In this document: positions 23,715 to 36,589 of the stretch, piece by piece | Numbering within the stretch: the stretch's first letter is position 1 | Layout of the letters: each line of letters starts with the position of its first letter | Assembly (NCBI RefSeq): GCF_963921235.1 | Contig: NC_086108.1 | Span: 91,080,001 to 91,144,000, forward strand | Source of the DNA: Mobula hypostoma | Lineage: Eukaryota | Length of the DNA: 64,000 bases | Direction of reading: 5' to 3' | Translations under genes and position numbers: made by a program | Notes under the pieces: model-generated | Told to the model about the DNA's origin: nothing | What the model saw: only the letters and a program-made list of their open reading frames with translations | Database searches by the model: none

Positions 23715-24335
23715 ACATCACAGGAATAGGTCCTTTGGCTCATAATGTCTGTGCTGACTATAATGCCAATTGAAACTGAACATCTGCTTGCACATGGTCT
23801 ATGCCCCTCCATTCTCTACCTGTTCATGTGTGTAAACACTTATTAAAGATTTCTCATATACCGGCTTCCACCACTTCCGCAGCAGCACGTGCCAATCTCT
23901 ACCACTGTGTGAAATGTTTACCTCATAAATCTCCTTTAAACTTTTTGCCCCTTGCCTTAATGCCTTCTCAAATTTGATATTTCCATCTTTGGAAAAAAGC
24001 TCTGAAAATCTACTCTGTAGCAGAGGTTCATGTTCTTGATTAGTAAGGGTATTAAAGGTTACAGGGAGAAGCCCGGAGAATGGGGTTAAGAGGGCTAATA
24101 AATCAGCCATGATGGCATGCTGAAGCAGACTCGATGAGCCAAATGGCCTGTTTCTTCTTCTATGTCCTGCAGCCTTATGGTCTATAAGTATATAATTTTA
24201 TATACTTCTGTCACATCGCCCCCTCAGCTTCTGACACTCCAGAGAAAGCAGTCCAAGTTTATACAACCTCTTATAGCTCATACTCGCTGATCCAGGCGAC
24301 ATCCCAGTGAATCTCCTCTGCACCCTCACCCAAAC
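23715..24335 (-). mobile_element. Old CR1 3' fragment with a nested plus-strand CR1 tail (about 24020-24186)
   Basis: Reverse CR1 3' motifs flank gcagaggttcatgttcttgattagtaagggt...ccaaatggcctgtttc...ttatggtct. Confidence 0.65.
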
Positions 24336-24454
24336 CTCCGGCTCCTTCCAGAAACGTCAACTGTTTATTCCGGTCCCTGCACACACTGACACACTTTCAG
24401 CTTCCCCGGCCCTGAGATTCAGCATTCCCTCAATAAACCTGTCTCCTTTTATAC

Positions 24455-24735
24455 CACAACACCTTTCTGAGTGTTCATCTTTACAAGACGGGTGACCCCA
24501 GCCATTATGAATACTCTAGAATTTGTCTGCCTGGCGTCAGTGGTCGCACAACCAGGACCTGTGATATGCACCAGCTGCTCATACGACCATCCACCACCTG
24601 TTCCCATGGCTTCACCTGACCCTGATTGGGGGGGGCTAGTGCTACACCACGCCCAAAGGTGACCTGCAGAAAGGAAAGAGCACCTTATACTTACTTTGAT
24701 AGATGCGTATCTCCACCTCACCAACCACAGAGGAC
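24455..24735 (-). mobile_element. Short interspersed repeat, probably RTE-associated
   Basis: GC-richer island (minus strand: ggtggagatacgcatct...gaagccatgggaacaggtggtggatggtcgtatgagcagctgg...ggggtcacccgtcttgtaaaga), recognised from memory as a repeat; the class is inferred. Confidence 0.45.
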
Positions 24736-25547
24736 ACACAAGCGGGAGGAGATTGAAATAAGCTTAGTTTCTCTCCTTCGAATTACATCTTTTCCCCTTG
24801 CAGACTAATTTATGTAGATAATAAGCAAAGTGTGTCTGCTGCACCATCAGCTTACTTAATCCATTTATTTCCTGGTTGCCCCTTTTCCCTTGTTGAGATG
24901 CCCCATAGCCAATTCAGCAATTCAGAAGCTAGTAAAAGATGTCAGTAGATAATCTGTCTCTGAAGATAGAGGAATCTACAAAGGAGGGAAGAAGAGAGAG
25001 GTTCTTTAGCTTGAAATGTCATCTCTTTATTCCACTCCATAGATGCCCCCTGACCTGCTAAGTTACTGTAGCATTTTATGAGTATTGCCCAAGATCAGCA
25101 ACCTATACTGTATGAGAGATTAACTGATGTTGTGAAGACTGAAGAAAACAATCTTCTTGAGGGTCAGAGTGAAGGTAGAGGGGATAAGAAGGTAAGGTCA
25201 GTAAACTGGGGGCAAATCAACCACAGTCTGACTAAATCACGGAGCACTTCTGAAGGGATTAATGATGTTTATTTATCAATGTACCAGCCCAGAGATATAA
25301 TCCAAAAGGCAAGGTTACAGTCCTGATTCCAATTTTTGGTGTCATTTTCTTGACTCCGATGTATCCATCCAAAGTAGACATTGTCATTCACATGTGGATT
25401 GAAACAACTGAGCCGATCTGAAAACTGAAATCCATTCTGCTGCGTCTAGGCCATTCATATGGAAGGTATCACTGGTCCAGTATACAGTATAATCCCTTTA
25501 TTTAGTTTTTAATTGCAGAAGAGAAATGAATATTGGATAAGCACAAA

Positions 25548-25667
25548 TAGTCATAGTCATACTTTATTGATCCCGGGGGAAATTGGTTTTCGTTACAGTT
25601 GCACCATAAATAATAAATAGAAATAGAACCATAAATAGTTAAATAGTAATATGTAAATTATGCCAGT
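25548..25667 (-). mobile_element. Rex1-type 3' tail, (TAGTCA)n subfamily
   Basis: Near-identical to the start of 51861-52150 (tagtcatactttattgatcccgggggaaattggttttc). Confidence 0.8.
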
Positions 25668-25769
25668 TTAAAGAAGGATTTCACTTCAGACATTACACCT
25701 GTGGTTCGCAAAATGTTCCTCTTATGAGGCTTCTGCCTGAATATATTATAAATTGCTTCGTTAGAGATT

Positions 25770-28065
25770 GAAACATAGAAACATAAAAAACCTACAACAC
25801 AATACAGGCCCTTTGGCCCACAAAGTTGTGCCGATCATGTCCCTATCTTAGAAATTACTAGGCTTACCCATAGCCCTCTATTTTTCTAAGCTCCATGTAC
25901 CTATCCAAAAGTCTCTTAAAAGACCCTATCTTATCCACCTCCACCACCGTTGCCGGCAGCCCATTCCACCAGTGGTGTATCTAAGGTATGGCAGGTATGG
26001 CACGTGCCCTGGGCATCACTGAGCAGTTTCTGTTAAAGTCAGACAAGCCATCCTCGGATAGTGAAAAAAGAATTTTCTGCAGATGTATGATCTGTCTTTG
26101 ATTATCATGGGTGAGAAGCACTAGGATGGCCTTATTTTTTGAGCATTGGGTAAGAAGACCATGAAACGTTTCTTCACGAAGAAGAAGGAAAGTGGAGCTG
26201 AAGGATGGAAGAGACGAAAGTTGGAGGTGGAGGAAGCCAAGAAGTTGAGTAAGTTCTTCATGCCCTTCTTTGAAAAGCCCGGAACAAGTTGTTCGACACG
26301 TTCCATGGAGTCGCCTGCACCTGCTACAAGTTTGTTAGAATCCGAAGGTGGATCAAGTACAAATGCATCACAAGCCGGGGAGGAAGTCAAGTCAGATAAA
26401 TCCGAGTATGATGAGATTAAGAGTGAGGCTGCCACAGAGAATGTGGATGACAGGAGGGGAAGACGATGGTGGTGGTGGTGATGTTGAGTTTGTTGACGAG
26501 ATTTTACCTGACGAGATTGAACCTGACGACACTGAACCTGGTGAACTGGATGGTGTCAAAGAGCCTCGAACTGTCATACCAGAAGTGATTGGACAGCATG
26601 ACATTGGACTTCTGAAGTTCGACAAGGATACTGGAAAAGCAATTCTGCCTGACACGTTGAGAACAGGAATAATAAAGCTGGGTTTGAAGCAGTTCCAGAA
26701 CAGTGAGGGGCCTTTCCTACCAACAAATAACCGCTCAATGAACAAAACTTAGTTCAAGAGGAAATTGGGAAATGGTCATGGGGAGGAAGTGATTCGCTTA
26801 TGGCTGGTCTATTCCCCTTCTAAAAAGTCTGCATTTTGTATCTGTTGTCTTCTCTATTCCCAGTCAGACCATCAATCATCATTGGAGCAGGAAAGTAGAT
26901 TCAACCAGTGTAAAGCACCTGAAAGGATTAGTGTTCATGAAAATGCCAAGAATCATCAGGAATGCTTCACACAGTGGAAAAAAATGGAAAGAAATTTAGC
27001 TGGAAACAGACGATTATTGATGTGGTATTTCAGCCACAGATTGAGAAGGAAAAGCAGAAGTGGTGTGATATCTTGACGAGAATATATTGGTCAGTGAGTC
27101 ACTCAAAGAAGGAGTCGGCCTCTGTCAAGAATGGATATTGAAGTTGAAAGACATCAGAGACGAAAGAGATGAATAGCTGATGAGAACTCGAGAGACGCTA
27201 GGTTAACAGCTAAGGAGAAAATGGAAGGAGTCATGAAGGGAACACTCGATCATCTTTACAGAGAAATGGATGAAAGGTTTGCTCGTTTGCCCGACACTAA
27301 TGCCAAGTTTGGGTTCTTTCTTGATGTCGAGGGACTGTGTTACGGCGCCGACAGTAGCGACCTAAAGAAGAAGTGCGAAAATTTGGGCGAAAAGCTCAGC
27401 AGCTATATGAAGAAATTTTGGATTGCAGAATCAAGGCAGGTCAACATGAAAATATCAAGACCTGAAGAGCTTCTTGAATTTATTGTTCAGTATGGAGATG
27501 AGAGCATCTTCCCCAATCTTCACATTGCTATTCAGATAATGCTAACCATCGCATTTTCCATCGCTAGCTGTGAGAGATAATTTAGCAAGATAAAACTAAT
27601 ACTTTTGTATTTGAGAGCCTCCATGGGTCAAGGCAGACTCTGTGATCTTGCTCTGCTGAGTGTAGAAAGAGAAGAGACTGAAACAACTGACTTTGATCAC
27701 ATCATAGACCAATTTGCATCAGTGAAAACAAGGAAGGTGCAGTTATAATTTTCATGTAGTGCCATAATTTGTTAATTAAAAGATTAACGAGCTTGACTTG
27801 TATTTTCGAGCTGATATTATGGTAAAGTTATCTAAAAGATGGGTATCAGATGTTTGGACAGGGGCACAATTTCAGTGCTTGCCATAGGCGCTATTTTCCG
27901 TAGATACGCCCCTTTATTCCATGCACTCACCACTCTCTGCGTAAAAAACTTACCCCTGACATCTCCTCTGTACCTACTCCCCAGCACCTTAAACCTGTGT
28001 CCTCTTGTGGCAACCATTTCAGCCCTGGGAAAAAGCCTCTGACAATCCACACGATCAATGCCTCA
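25770..28065 (-). mobile_element. CR1 3' fragment split by the hAT element
   Basis: Tail aaacatagaaac at 25770; DCQRLFPRAEMVATRGHRFKVLGSRYRGDVRGKFFTQRVVSAWN continues across the insertion. Confidence 0.88.
25970..27914 (+). mobile_element. hAT DNA transposon (TTF zinc finger/ZMYM-like transposase), internally deleted pseudogene
   Basis: Imperfect 14-bp TIRs CAGTGGTGTATCTA / TAGATACGCCCCTT; 8-bp TSD CATTCCAC / TATTCCAT. Zinc finger WLVYSPSKKSAFCICC...HENAKNHQECF. hAT dimerisation domain FPNLHIAIQIMLTIAFSIASCER*FSKIKLIL.YLRASMGQGRLCDLALLSVERE. Confidence 0.93.
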
Positions 28066-28089
28066 TCAATTCCTTTATTGATCACGGCA

Positions 28090-28392
28090 ATTAGCCACGA
28101 TAGTGTAGAGACTAGCACAACTCTATTACAGCTTGGGCTGTGGTCGTAAGGAGTTTAATTCTGGCTCTGTCTGTAAGGAGACTCTGTACATCCTCCCTGT
28201 GGAATGCTTGGGTTTTCCCCGGGTGCTCCAATTTCCTCCCACAGCTTGAAGATGTACCGGGTAGGTCTATGGTCATTGTAAATTGTCCCTTGGTTAGGCT
28301 GGGGTTAAATCAGCGGTTGTCAGGGATTGTGGGGGCAGCACGTCTCAAGGGGTCAGAAGGGCCTACTCCGCCCTGTATCGCTAAATACATAA
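28090..28392 (+). mobile_element. V-SINE (HE1-like)
   Basis: V-domain ggttttccccgggtgctccaatttcctcccacag...ggtcattgtaaattgtccc; CR1-like 3' end agaagggcctactccgccctgtatc. Confidence 0.85.
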
Positions 28393-29952
28393 TTACCCTG
28401 TAATTCTGTTAACATTGTTTTGTATGACCATTAAAATGCACAAAGATAATTCAACAAATGTTGGATGATTTTCATCCAACAGCTCCTAACTTCTGTAAAC
28501 TATCAATCTGTGTTTTACTTTTACAGATAATGAGTAATTTATTGTGCATTTCTGGTAATTTTATCCTTTTGCTTGAATCTTCCAGTGTTTGTGGGAGTTT
28601 CTTCTTTAAACCTGTACTTCTGGCTGTAATAAATATTAATTCACTTCAACACTGAGAATAGTTTAGGTCATATGAGTAAAATACTCTCATGACATTCAAT
28701 GCACGCAAATATTATTCTGCGTAATGCATGCGATTGGCCTGTATAATTCAAATATTAACTTCAGTTTTTTTGTTGAGGGTCTGTGGAGCTGAAATGTAAC
28801 TACAAATGACTTGTCATCAAAGTAATGGAGCATTACTCATTTCCAATAAAAATTCAAATTTTGTTCTGTCTACCTCTTGGACATACTCAGCTTTACCTCT
28901 TTTTCCTTTATTGGAAGAACCATTTAGACCATCAGACCATTAGGAGAAGAATTAGGCCATTTGGCCCATTGTGTCTGCTCCTTAGGTGGTTAATTTAGAC
29001 AATTACAGAGCAAGCAGCACTCATCAAATAATTAAGATGGGTAATATCTTTTATTTCAGAATCTGGTAAGTTAGGGAAGGTGAGCTATTGTCTGTAGGAC
29101 TCATTATAACCAAAGCTTGCCTTCTTTCCATAAATTTCCATTTACAAAAAAAAAGCCCAGAATGGAAATTTGAGAAATGTGATCACCTCTTGATCAAGCA
29201 GTGTTGAAATAGGTTGTTGTGTCTTGAGTCCAACATAGCACAATTAAGAATTTCAAAATATGCTGAGAATTACACTCAATTTTTTTCATAGCTCAATTTG
29301 ACTTTTCATCCTCTCATAAAATTTCTCCTGCTTGCTTTTGCATCTCCTAATTTGTTTTTTAATTCTCAAGATCTAGGGTCATGTGATTGTAATTTCCTTA
29401 AAATGACTGGTAATTCCATTCACTTATATTGGAAATAATATGAGGCATTGATTGTGCTCAAACAACTAATGTGAGTGGAAGGATGATGCAGCTTGATACA
29501 GTACTGATTTTTTTTAAAGTGCGGATGCTGGAAATCAATAATAAAAACAGAAAATACTGGAAATACTCGGCAGGTCAATCTGCATCTGTGGGAGGTAAAA
29601 CAAAGTTAATGATTCCAATGAAAACTCTTCTTCAGAATTCGAACTTTTGAAGAACCTTCTTCAAAATATAAAACAATACTGAAGTGTTTCATATCCTATT
29701 TTTCTATGGCCAAAGAGGGTTCTCCTGAATTCTTTACTGGATTTATTAATGAATTATATGGGTATGGTCCCCAATTTTAATGTTCAATGTAAAAATATTT
29801 TTTTTCATATCTGTCGAAGTCATTTCAATATAGAGAGTTTCATAGAGTTGAAAAGCACAGAAGTGGGCATTTATCCCATCTCATCTATGCTGACCATGAT
29901 ATCTATCAACTCTACTCACGTTAGGTCCATATCCTTTTTTCTAGCCAAGTAA

Positions 29953-30634
29953 ATAGATTAGAATAGATTATGAGGACACACAGTCCTCTTTTATTGTCAT
30001 TTAGTAATGCATGCATTAAGAAATGATACAATGTTCTTCCGGTGTGATATCACAGAAACACAAGACAGACCAAAACTGAGAAACTGACAAAAACCACATA
30101 ATTATAACATATAGTTACAACAGTGCAAGCAATACCGTAACTTGATGAAGAACAGGCCATGGGCACGGTAAAAAAAAAGTTCAAAGTCTCTCAAAAGTCC
30201 CATCATCTCACGCAGACCGGAGAAGGAAGAAAGCTCTCCCTGCCATGAGCTTCCAGCGCCGCAAACCTGCCAATGCAGCACCCTAGAAGCACCCGACCAC
30301 AGTCTGACTCTGAGTCGTCCAAAAACTTCGAGCCTCCGACCAGCCCTCCGCCACCAAGCACCGAGAACCATCTCTGCCGAGCGCTTCGACCTCAGCCCCG
30401 GCCGCCAGCAATAGGCAAAGCCGAGGATTTGGGGCCTTCCCTCCAGAGATTCTCGATCGCACAGTAGCAGCGGCAGCAAACCGGGCATTTCAGAAGTTTC
30501 TCCAAATGGTCCTCTGTGCTTCTCACGTCTGTCTCCATCAAATCAGAATTGTGCATGGCCCCTATTTAACAAGTACGATATCATTTTACCGGAGAGGCCA
30601 TGCGCGCTGCGTTGCGCCACCAACTTCTCCTCCC
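29953..30634 (-). mobile_element. Non-autonomous retroelement, family A copy 2
   Basis: Colinear with 2889-3551 over the whole length; different short-repeat tail (AATCTATTCT). Confidence 0.8.
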
Positions 30635-30644
30635 GCCGCAGTTA

Positions 30645-31082
30645 TCAATTATCAAAATGCCTTTGTTCCTCTGACAGCATTTCCATATGACCACTACCCT
30701 TTGTGCGAAAAACTTTCCCCTGAGACCTCCTTTAAATTTTTCTCATCTGGTCTTAAGCCTACACCCCATAGTTTCAGACTCCACCCTCCACAGGAAAAAA
30801 AAAGCTCTGATTACCTACCTACCCTGCCTAATCTTTTTAACACACTTTATAAGGTCACCCTTAAGCAACCTGTGTTTTAGTGAGAGTAACCCAACCTATC
30901 AATGCTTCCTTATAACTACAGGCCTTCATTCTAAGCAACACCCTGGTGAACTCCTTCTGCACTCTGCATAATACTAGCAGGTTCTTCCCATAGTGTAGAA
31001 CTAGAACTGTACACAGCACTCCAAGTTTAACCTCACCAATGTTCAGTACAGCTGTAATATAACATCCCACCTCTTATACTCT
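30645..31082 (-). mobile_element. Old CR1 ORF2 3' fragment
   Basis: Decayed LE.CVQF..PHY.K...RVQKEFTRVL motifs. Confidence 0.7.
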
Positions 31083-31138
31083 TAAAGATCACAGTTGCAC
31101 TGATACATCGGACTTTAGCTTCTCCTTTTTAATCTGTA

Positions 31139-31464
31139 TCAGAATCAGGTTTGTTATCACTGGCATGTGACGTGAAATTTGTTAACTTAGCAGCAGCAGT
31201 TCAATGCAATACATAATATAGAAGAAGAAGAAGAAAAATAAATAAATAAACAAACAAACAAACAAACAAACAAACAAATAAATAAATAAATAAGTCTTAT
31301 TCCGTATACTTTATACAGTATATGTATATTGAATAGATTAAAAATTGTGCAAAAAACAGAAATACTATATATTAAAAAAGAAGTGAGGTAGTGTCCAAGG
31401 ATTCAATGGCCATTTAGGATTCAGATGGCAGAGGGGAAGGAGCTGTTCCTGAATCACTGAGTGT
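31139..31464 (-). mobile_element. Rex1/Babar 3' tail containing a compound microsatellite
   Basis: Matches 4554-4850; (GAA)n then (AAAT)n(AAAC)n(AAAT)n at about 31221-31293. Confidence 0.85.
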
Positions 31465-31833
31465 ATTTTTGAAATCCTTCCAGCATTTTCTGAAGATTAT
31501 AAGCTCAGTTTTAAAATCATTCTAATAAATACTTCCAAATATTTTCCAATGCTTCTACAACCCTTTTATGATATGCTAACCAAAACTGTTTAGGAAAGAT
31601 TTAGAAGAATATGAGCCAAATTGCAGGCAAGTGGGACAAGCTCAGGTAGGCAAGTTTGTCAAGGACAAGCTGTGACTCATTGACTCTATGATATACGTGG
31701 GCTAACTAAGATTCTTCATAAGTCAGAAATCATAACTTTTCAGTTCTATCCTTCTGAACATGAACAATTACACAATTTTTAATGACCTTAAAAATCTGCA
31801 GCACTATTTTAGAGATGCACGTATCTGGACCAT

Positions 31834-32110
31834 GAGATTCAGATTTATTTATTTATCACATTTACTTCAAAACATACAGTTAAGTGCATCTTTAGCGCTA
31901 TCAACCAAGACAGCCTCAGGATTTGCTAGGGGCATCCGCATGTGTCATGACTTACTGGGGACAATCTGCATGTGTCACTTGGCAGAACAACACAGAACAT
32001 AAGCAACAAAAACAGCAACAGCGAAACAAGCCCCTTCCCTCCCACCCACACATCCACAGACGCAGAAATCCTCTAACCACAGGACAGGCCTCCAGTCTCC
32101 AGCTTTTGAC
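31834..32110 (-). mobile_element. Non-autonomous retroelement, family B copy 2
   Basis: Colinear with 21025-21282. Confidence 0.65.
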
Positions 32111-32364
32111 TTATGGGCTTCAGTCTATGTCCAGGCTTCAATCTTCAGTGTTGACCCCAGGCTAGTCGATAACAGGACCAAGAACTCCAGGTTCAAACTC
32201 GGGAGTCACCAATTCACCAGGCCCTCTAAAGGGACTAAAAGGTCCCTTTCTTCATCCATACTATGCTATTTCAGTCTACAAGCTATTTATCGTTTGTTAG
32301 AAATTGGCACCTCACACTGCTCTACACCGAAATTAATTTGCACAATCATTCTACAAGTTTATTA

Positions 32365-32701
32365 GGCCAGGCAGCATCTATGGAAAAGAGTAAACAGTCG
32401 ACGTTTCGGGTCGTTTCGGGAATTTACACAAATAATTATTTTGCTAGCATTCTTTCTTTGTATGAAATTGTATGCCTTCATCATTGTCAACTGGACATTT
32501 AAAAATCTTCTGCTGATTCCCAAGTCCAAATTATTTGTGTAAATTCCGAACCAGCATACAGTATATCATTAAGAACAGAAGAAAATCTGCGGATGCTGGA
32601 GATCCAAAGCCGGAGATCCATTCAGCCCGAAACGTGAACTGTTTACTCCTTTCCATAGATGCTGCCTGGCCTGCTGTGTTCCTCCAGCATTTTGTGTGTG
32701 T
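32365..32701. mobile_element. PLE terminal-repeat fragments in both orientations
   Basis: Minus: ggcagcatctatggaaaagagtaaacagtcgacgtttcggg. Minus piece at 32572-32615 is joined to a plus piece gcccgaaacgtgaactg...ccagcattttgtgtgtg. Confidence 0.75.
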
Positions 32702-34739
32702 ATCATTATGAATAAGATAGTCCACCTTTCAAAATCTGAGTTGGTGTTCTTAATCCCCTATTCGCTGTTTCTGCATTGTAGCCAAATTGCTGTCCATTCC
32801 TCATCCCACCTCCCGACTCCATATCCTCATACTTTGGCCAAGCTATAGTGTCATAAATGTAAACAAATTACATCTATTACATTACCTAACTTAAACTTTC
32901 AATCATTTCGTCAAAGACTTCATATGGGTTGATCATGCATGACTTTCTCATATGAATTTTGTTACATCTTTGAGAAAATATTTTGTTATCTTTCCTACCA
33001 CTAGTTTCAAATTATCTGATCTCTTGTTCTGCAGATATGTACAAGAATTACATTAACTATCAGACCTTCCTGTCACTGTCCGGTTTTCTAATGAACTGAT
33101 TTTTATATATAATAGTCTCTGATAGTTAACCATCTAATAAGTGCCCCCAGATTAAGGGTTTGAGGTTTTATTTTCTGAGTTCCAGTAGTATGATGGCCAC
33201 CTCATTAGCATCCCTGGTAAACAGCAACTGGAAGTTATGTTCAACAGTTATGCAGAAGCAGAATATTTGTGTGTTAACATAAAAATTGAAATACTTGAAT
33301 ATTCAATCTAGGTCAATGGTTCTTCAATTCTGTTACCTTCTCCACAGTTCCTGTCTGTCTTACTCAGCATTCTGCTTTTAATTCAATAATTGTGCACGTT
33401 GCATTTTTTTAGAAGTTTTTTTTTAAGGGAGCTTAAGTTTTTGCCTCCTCGTGTGCAATGATTACCGAAACATTTAGTTGACAGGTACATTTTCCAGTAC
33501 TTGTAATATTGCCCTTTCATGAAGCAACTTTGACAGATTTCTAAATGTGGCAGCACTCTGCGTTTATCCAGCTGGGGCCTGTTCTTCTTAAATCGGCCAC
33601 CTGCCTGACAGATTATGCACATCACCAGTGGCTCTCATTAAAGTAGCCGTAGTTCACCGGTTCTTATACCTCTAAAGGAACTCAGAATGAATTATTATGC
33701 AACATAAATCCGCTGTCATGCAGAACATGAGACAGGTCTGAGGCAGCCTTGGATTAATGAGGCTAAGTGAGTTCCTTCCCTGCATTACAGCTGCATAGCA
33801 ATCATTGAACACATTTTTTGTTGACCATAGGCCTGGAATCCTTTGTACTAATACTTTAGGATTATGTATTCTGTTTACTAAGATATGCTTTGAGGCACTG
33901 GTTGGCTAAACAAACATAAAGAAACACAGGCTCTCCCTGTTGACTTAATAACAGCTGAGCAAAATGATGTATTTAGGTTTTCAAATTTAATTATGGAATA
34001 TCACAGTACATTCAGAATGGATAAATTGCAGTGTCAGGGTGGCATTTTAACGCTGGTAGTTTGTTGTCTTCCCTAATTAACCATGCACACTTTGTTTCTC
34101 AAGCATTATATCTAAGATTTTTCATACAGATTACTATCATCTTCTACTAACTATTAGAAGGGGAAACAGGGAAACTAGTGATTGCGACTGATAGTACATA
34201 TCCCCAGCGTGAATCATATCTAAATCGCTTCACATCTGAGAGATTTCAGTCGTAACCCTCAGGAGACTGACTGTCTTTTACAGCTTGTTATATATATTTT
34301 ATACATATTATACATAAAAAATATTTTTAAAAAATCTGATAATAGGAATGAATTAAAACAGAAAATCCTAGAAACGCTCAACAGGAGGGGGGAGATTAAC
34401 ATTTCAGGTCAAAGACGCTTTGTCAGAACTGCAGGGAGGGTGGGGGAGGGTGAGCATCTATGATAGGCTGAAACCCTGATGACCATGGGGGCTCTGTACT
34501 GTTGCAAATGAGGCCTTATCAGGCCTCAGAGACAGCAATCATCTTCTCTCCAGGCATGTTGACCCTTTTAGACTCAATACCGAATTTTACCACTTCAGGT
34601 AACTTGCTTTCTGTCTCTATTTGTCTTCCATTTGTGAAATCGGCTCAGTCTGCATTTTCCCTGTTTTACCCCTTTTATTTCCTTTCCTCTGGAAATGGAG
34701 GACTGTTCACTTCGAGCTGATGGACATTAATTTCAGTTT

Positions 34740-35420
34740 TGCATTGTGCAGCACCTCTTTTGTCTATGCAAGTCTGTCGAGGTCTGATACAGTATCCAGT
34801 GCTCCCAGTGCAGCTTCCTGTACATCGGTGACACTCAGTGTAGATTGGGGGACCATTTTCTTCATCACCCTTGCTCCATCCACTGGAGGCCGCCCATTCC
34901 CATTTCCATTTGGACATGCCTCCTTTACTGCCATGATGAGGCCACATACAGGTTGGAGAAGTAACACCTCATATTCCATATATGAATATCAATTTCTCTA
35001 ACTTCCCCCTCCTCTTCTGTCTTTTTCCATTCCTCATTGTGGCTCTCCTTTTACCCCTTCTCTTATCCTCACCTGCCCATCATCTTCCTCTGGTGCTCCT
35101 CCTCCTTCCTTCCTCTCATAATCTGCAGTCCTCTCCTATTAGATTCCTTCTTCTTCAGCTGTTTACCTTTTCCACCTATCTCCTCCCTGCTTCTTACATC
35201 ATCCACCCTTCCCCACCCTCCTTCACCCTCACCTTGTCTCACGTTACACCTGCCGGCTTGTACTCCTGTCCCTTCCCCCCCCCCCATCTTTTTCTGTCTT
35301 CTGCCCCCTTTCCTTTCTAGTCCTGATAAAGGGCCCCGGACCAAGACGTATTTGGTTTATTCCTCCCTGCAGATGCTGCCTGATGTACTGAATTCCTCCA
35401 GAATTTTGTGTGTGTTTCAC
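34740..35420 (+). mobile_element. PLE GIY-YIG endonuclease remnant plus 3' repeat
   Basis: IQCSQCSFLYIGDTQCRLGDHF...LLYCHDEATYRLEK*HLIF..MNINFSNF; decayed hammerhead agtcctgataaagggcc at about 35319. Confidence 0.85.
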
Positions 35421-36589
35421 ACTCCCATTCACTCACTCAGGATAACCTTGTTTACGGTTTAGCCCCACTTTCACCCTTTCAGAGTTAACCTCTCTTTCAG
35501 CCTTCCTGAATTTCTTTTCTTTCCTTCCCAGTTATGACAAAAAGGTTTTCAACATAAAGCATTATCTCTTCCTTTTCCCAGAGATGCAGCAGAAACTGCC
35601 GTGTACATACAACATCTACAGTTTTTATTGTTGATTTCCAGCTTCTGCAATTCATTTTCTTATTTTTGGGAATAAACATAGGCAAAGGGATGTAAGAAAA
35701 ATAACTTCAAAATGTAATAAGTAGCAAAATTAAATGAGAGAGGAAATGCCACTATCAATTTAGTTTGAATTAATTTCTGCCATAATCTGTCATATGTAAT
35801 ACCCACTACAGTTAACAAACACTAACATCAATGATTGAGTGTGATATAGAGAAAAGTATATGAAGAAATTATTTGAATGATTTGTTCTCATAATTACTGA
35901 TTCATATTCACCTGGAAGGTGAATTCATAATTCATATTCACCTTTGTCCTAGGCTCAGTTATCAAATGATATATGCAAGATAATATCTGTGCAGATTTAT
36001 TACAAGTTGCTGATGACTCCATCATTTGCTTTTTTTCCATTCTAAAACTATAGTTTTCCCGATATTTTCATCTTGTAATTGCACTATTAATAAGTAAAGT
36101 TCTGCAGATGTTGGATGTCTGAGGTAAAATTAAATATCCAGGACAACACTCACCAGGTCAGATGACATCTGTTCTCTTCTCCCCCACTTGTCTTGATGAG
36201 TATCTCCAGCATTAATTACAATATTTTCATCATGAAATATCATGTAACTGCACTTCAAAAATTATAGAGGACATTTGTACTCAGGAATGTGAAATATATT
36301 TTTAACAAAGTAAACTTTATTTACAATAAAAAAATTAATAAGAATAAACCGTTCCACGCTTTTGCATGCTTGACAATATGGTCAATGCTTTCCATAACAG
36401 TTCTAGCACTGCTGCCTCTCATGTGGTATTTCCATGTTTTATTAAGTTCAATCACTGATGGTTAAATATGTATCTTTTAAGAGAATCATATCACTTTTGT
36501 TTAAAAGTAGCTTCATAGCTTGGAACAATATCTAAATTTCTTCCAAGCACTATATTTTACATTTAAGTAGATTAGCACTCACATCTACT

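Noticed and set aside
26121..27580. Domesticated ZMYM/ZBED-like host gene
   Set aside because: Frameshifts, stops, an internal deletion and flanking TIR/TSD show a transposon relic.
33383..33625. 80-aa Cys-containing ORF as a zinc-finger exon
   Set aside because: No recognisable family or splice context; better explained as non-coding sequence.
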